Origin: an uncultured Methanomassiliicoccales archaeon
GTDB lineage: Archaea; Thermoplasmatota; Thermoplasmata; Methanomassiliicoccales; UBA472
DNA length: 64,000 bases
NCBI GenBank assembly: GCA_963695345.1
Contig: OY968769.1
Location: 1 to 64,000 of the forward strand
Direction: 5' to 3'
Both the position numbers and the translations under genes were made by a program. The notes under the pieces were generated by a model that saw only the letters and a program-made list of their open reading frames with translations, was not told the DNA's origin and made no database searches. Positions 63,928 to 64,000 of this stretch are shown here, in pieces. Within the stretch, counting starts at the first letter, position 1, and each line of letters begins with the position of its first letter.

Positions 63928-64000
63928 TTTCCCACGTCTCCTTGTATCACCATCTCATGGGAATCAACGCTGACCCCGATGAACTCGATAGGGATCTTGA

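Overview
Archaeal chromosomal window, GC-rich apart from a lower-GC patch at about 11.4-13.3 kb. TrmY, SRP54, an archaeal 7S SRP RNA, split LplA/LplB and TATA-type promoters point to Thermoplasmata, probably Methanomassiliicoccales-like; this taxonomy is inferred. Housekeeping genes include trmY, srp54, purB, tRNA-Ala(CGC), cysK/M, thiM/thiE, hisD, SRP RNA, lipA, a 2-oxoacid dehydrogenase E1a/E1b/E2 set and lipoate ligase. Signalling genes include kaiC-kaiB-kaiB-histidine kinase, a GvpD-like KaiC ATPase, REC-PAS proteins, a MASE-PAS kinase, CheW and a soluble MCP. The most striking unexplained structure lies downstream of tRNA-Ala. It is an array of about 8 degenerate 50-90 bp sites, each with a palindromic core around a 6-8 bp spacer and, in the best copies, an AGCCAGTCAG box. 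The sites separate small cargo genes, usually just past the stop codon. A duplicated tRNA 3' end fused to a tyrosine-integrase C-terminal remnant lies in the same region, so this is a candidate tRNA-anchored, integron-like cassette array. Other candidates are an E3-less 2-oxoacid dehydrogenase facing a ferredoxin:thioredoxin reductase/thioredoxin/lipoate ligase operon, a small RNA upstream of srp54, and a 49-aa MCP-tail ORF before cheW. Several essential genes carry 1-nt indels that are most likely assembly errors.
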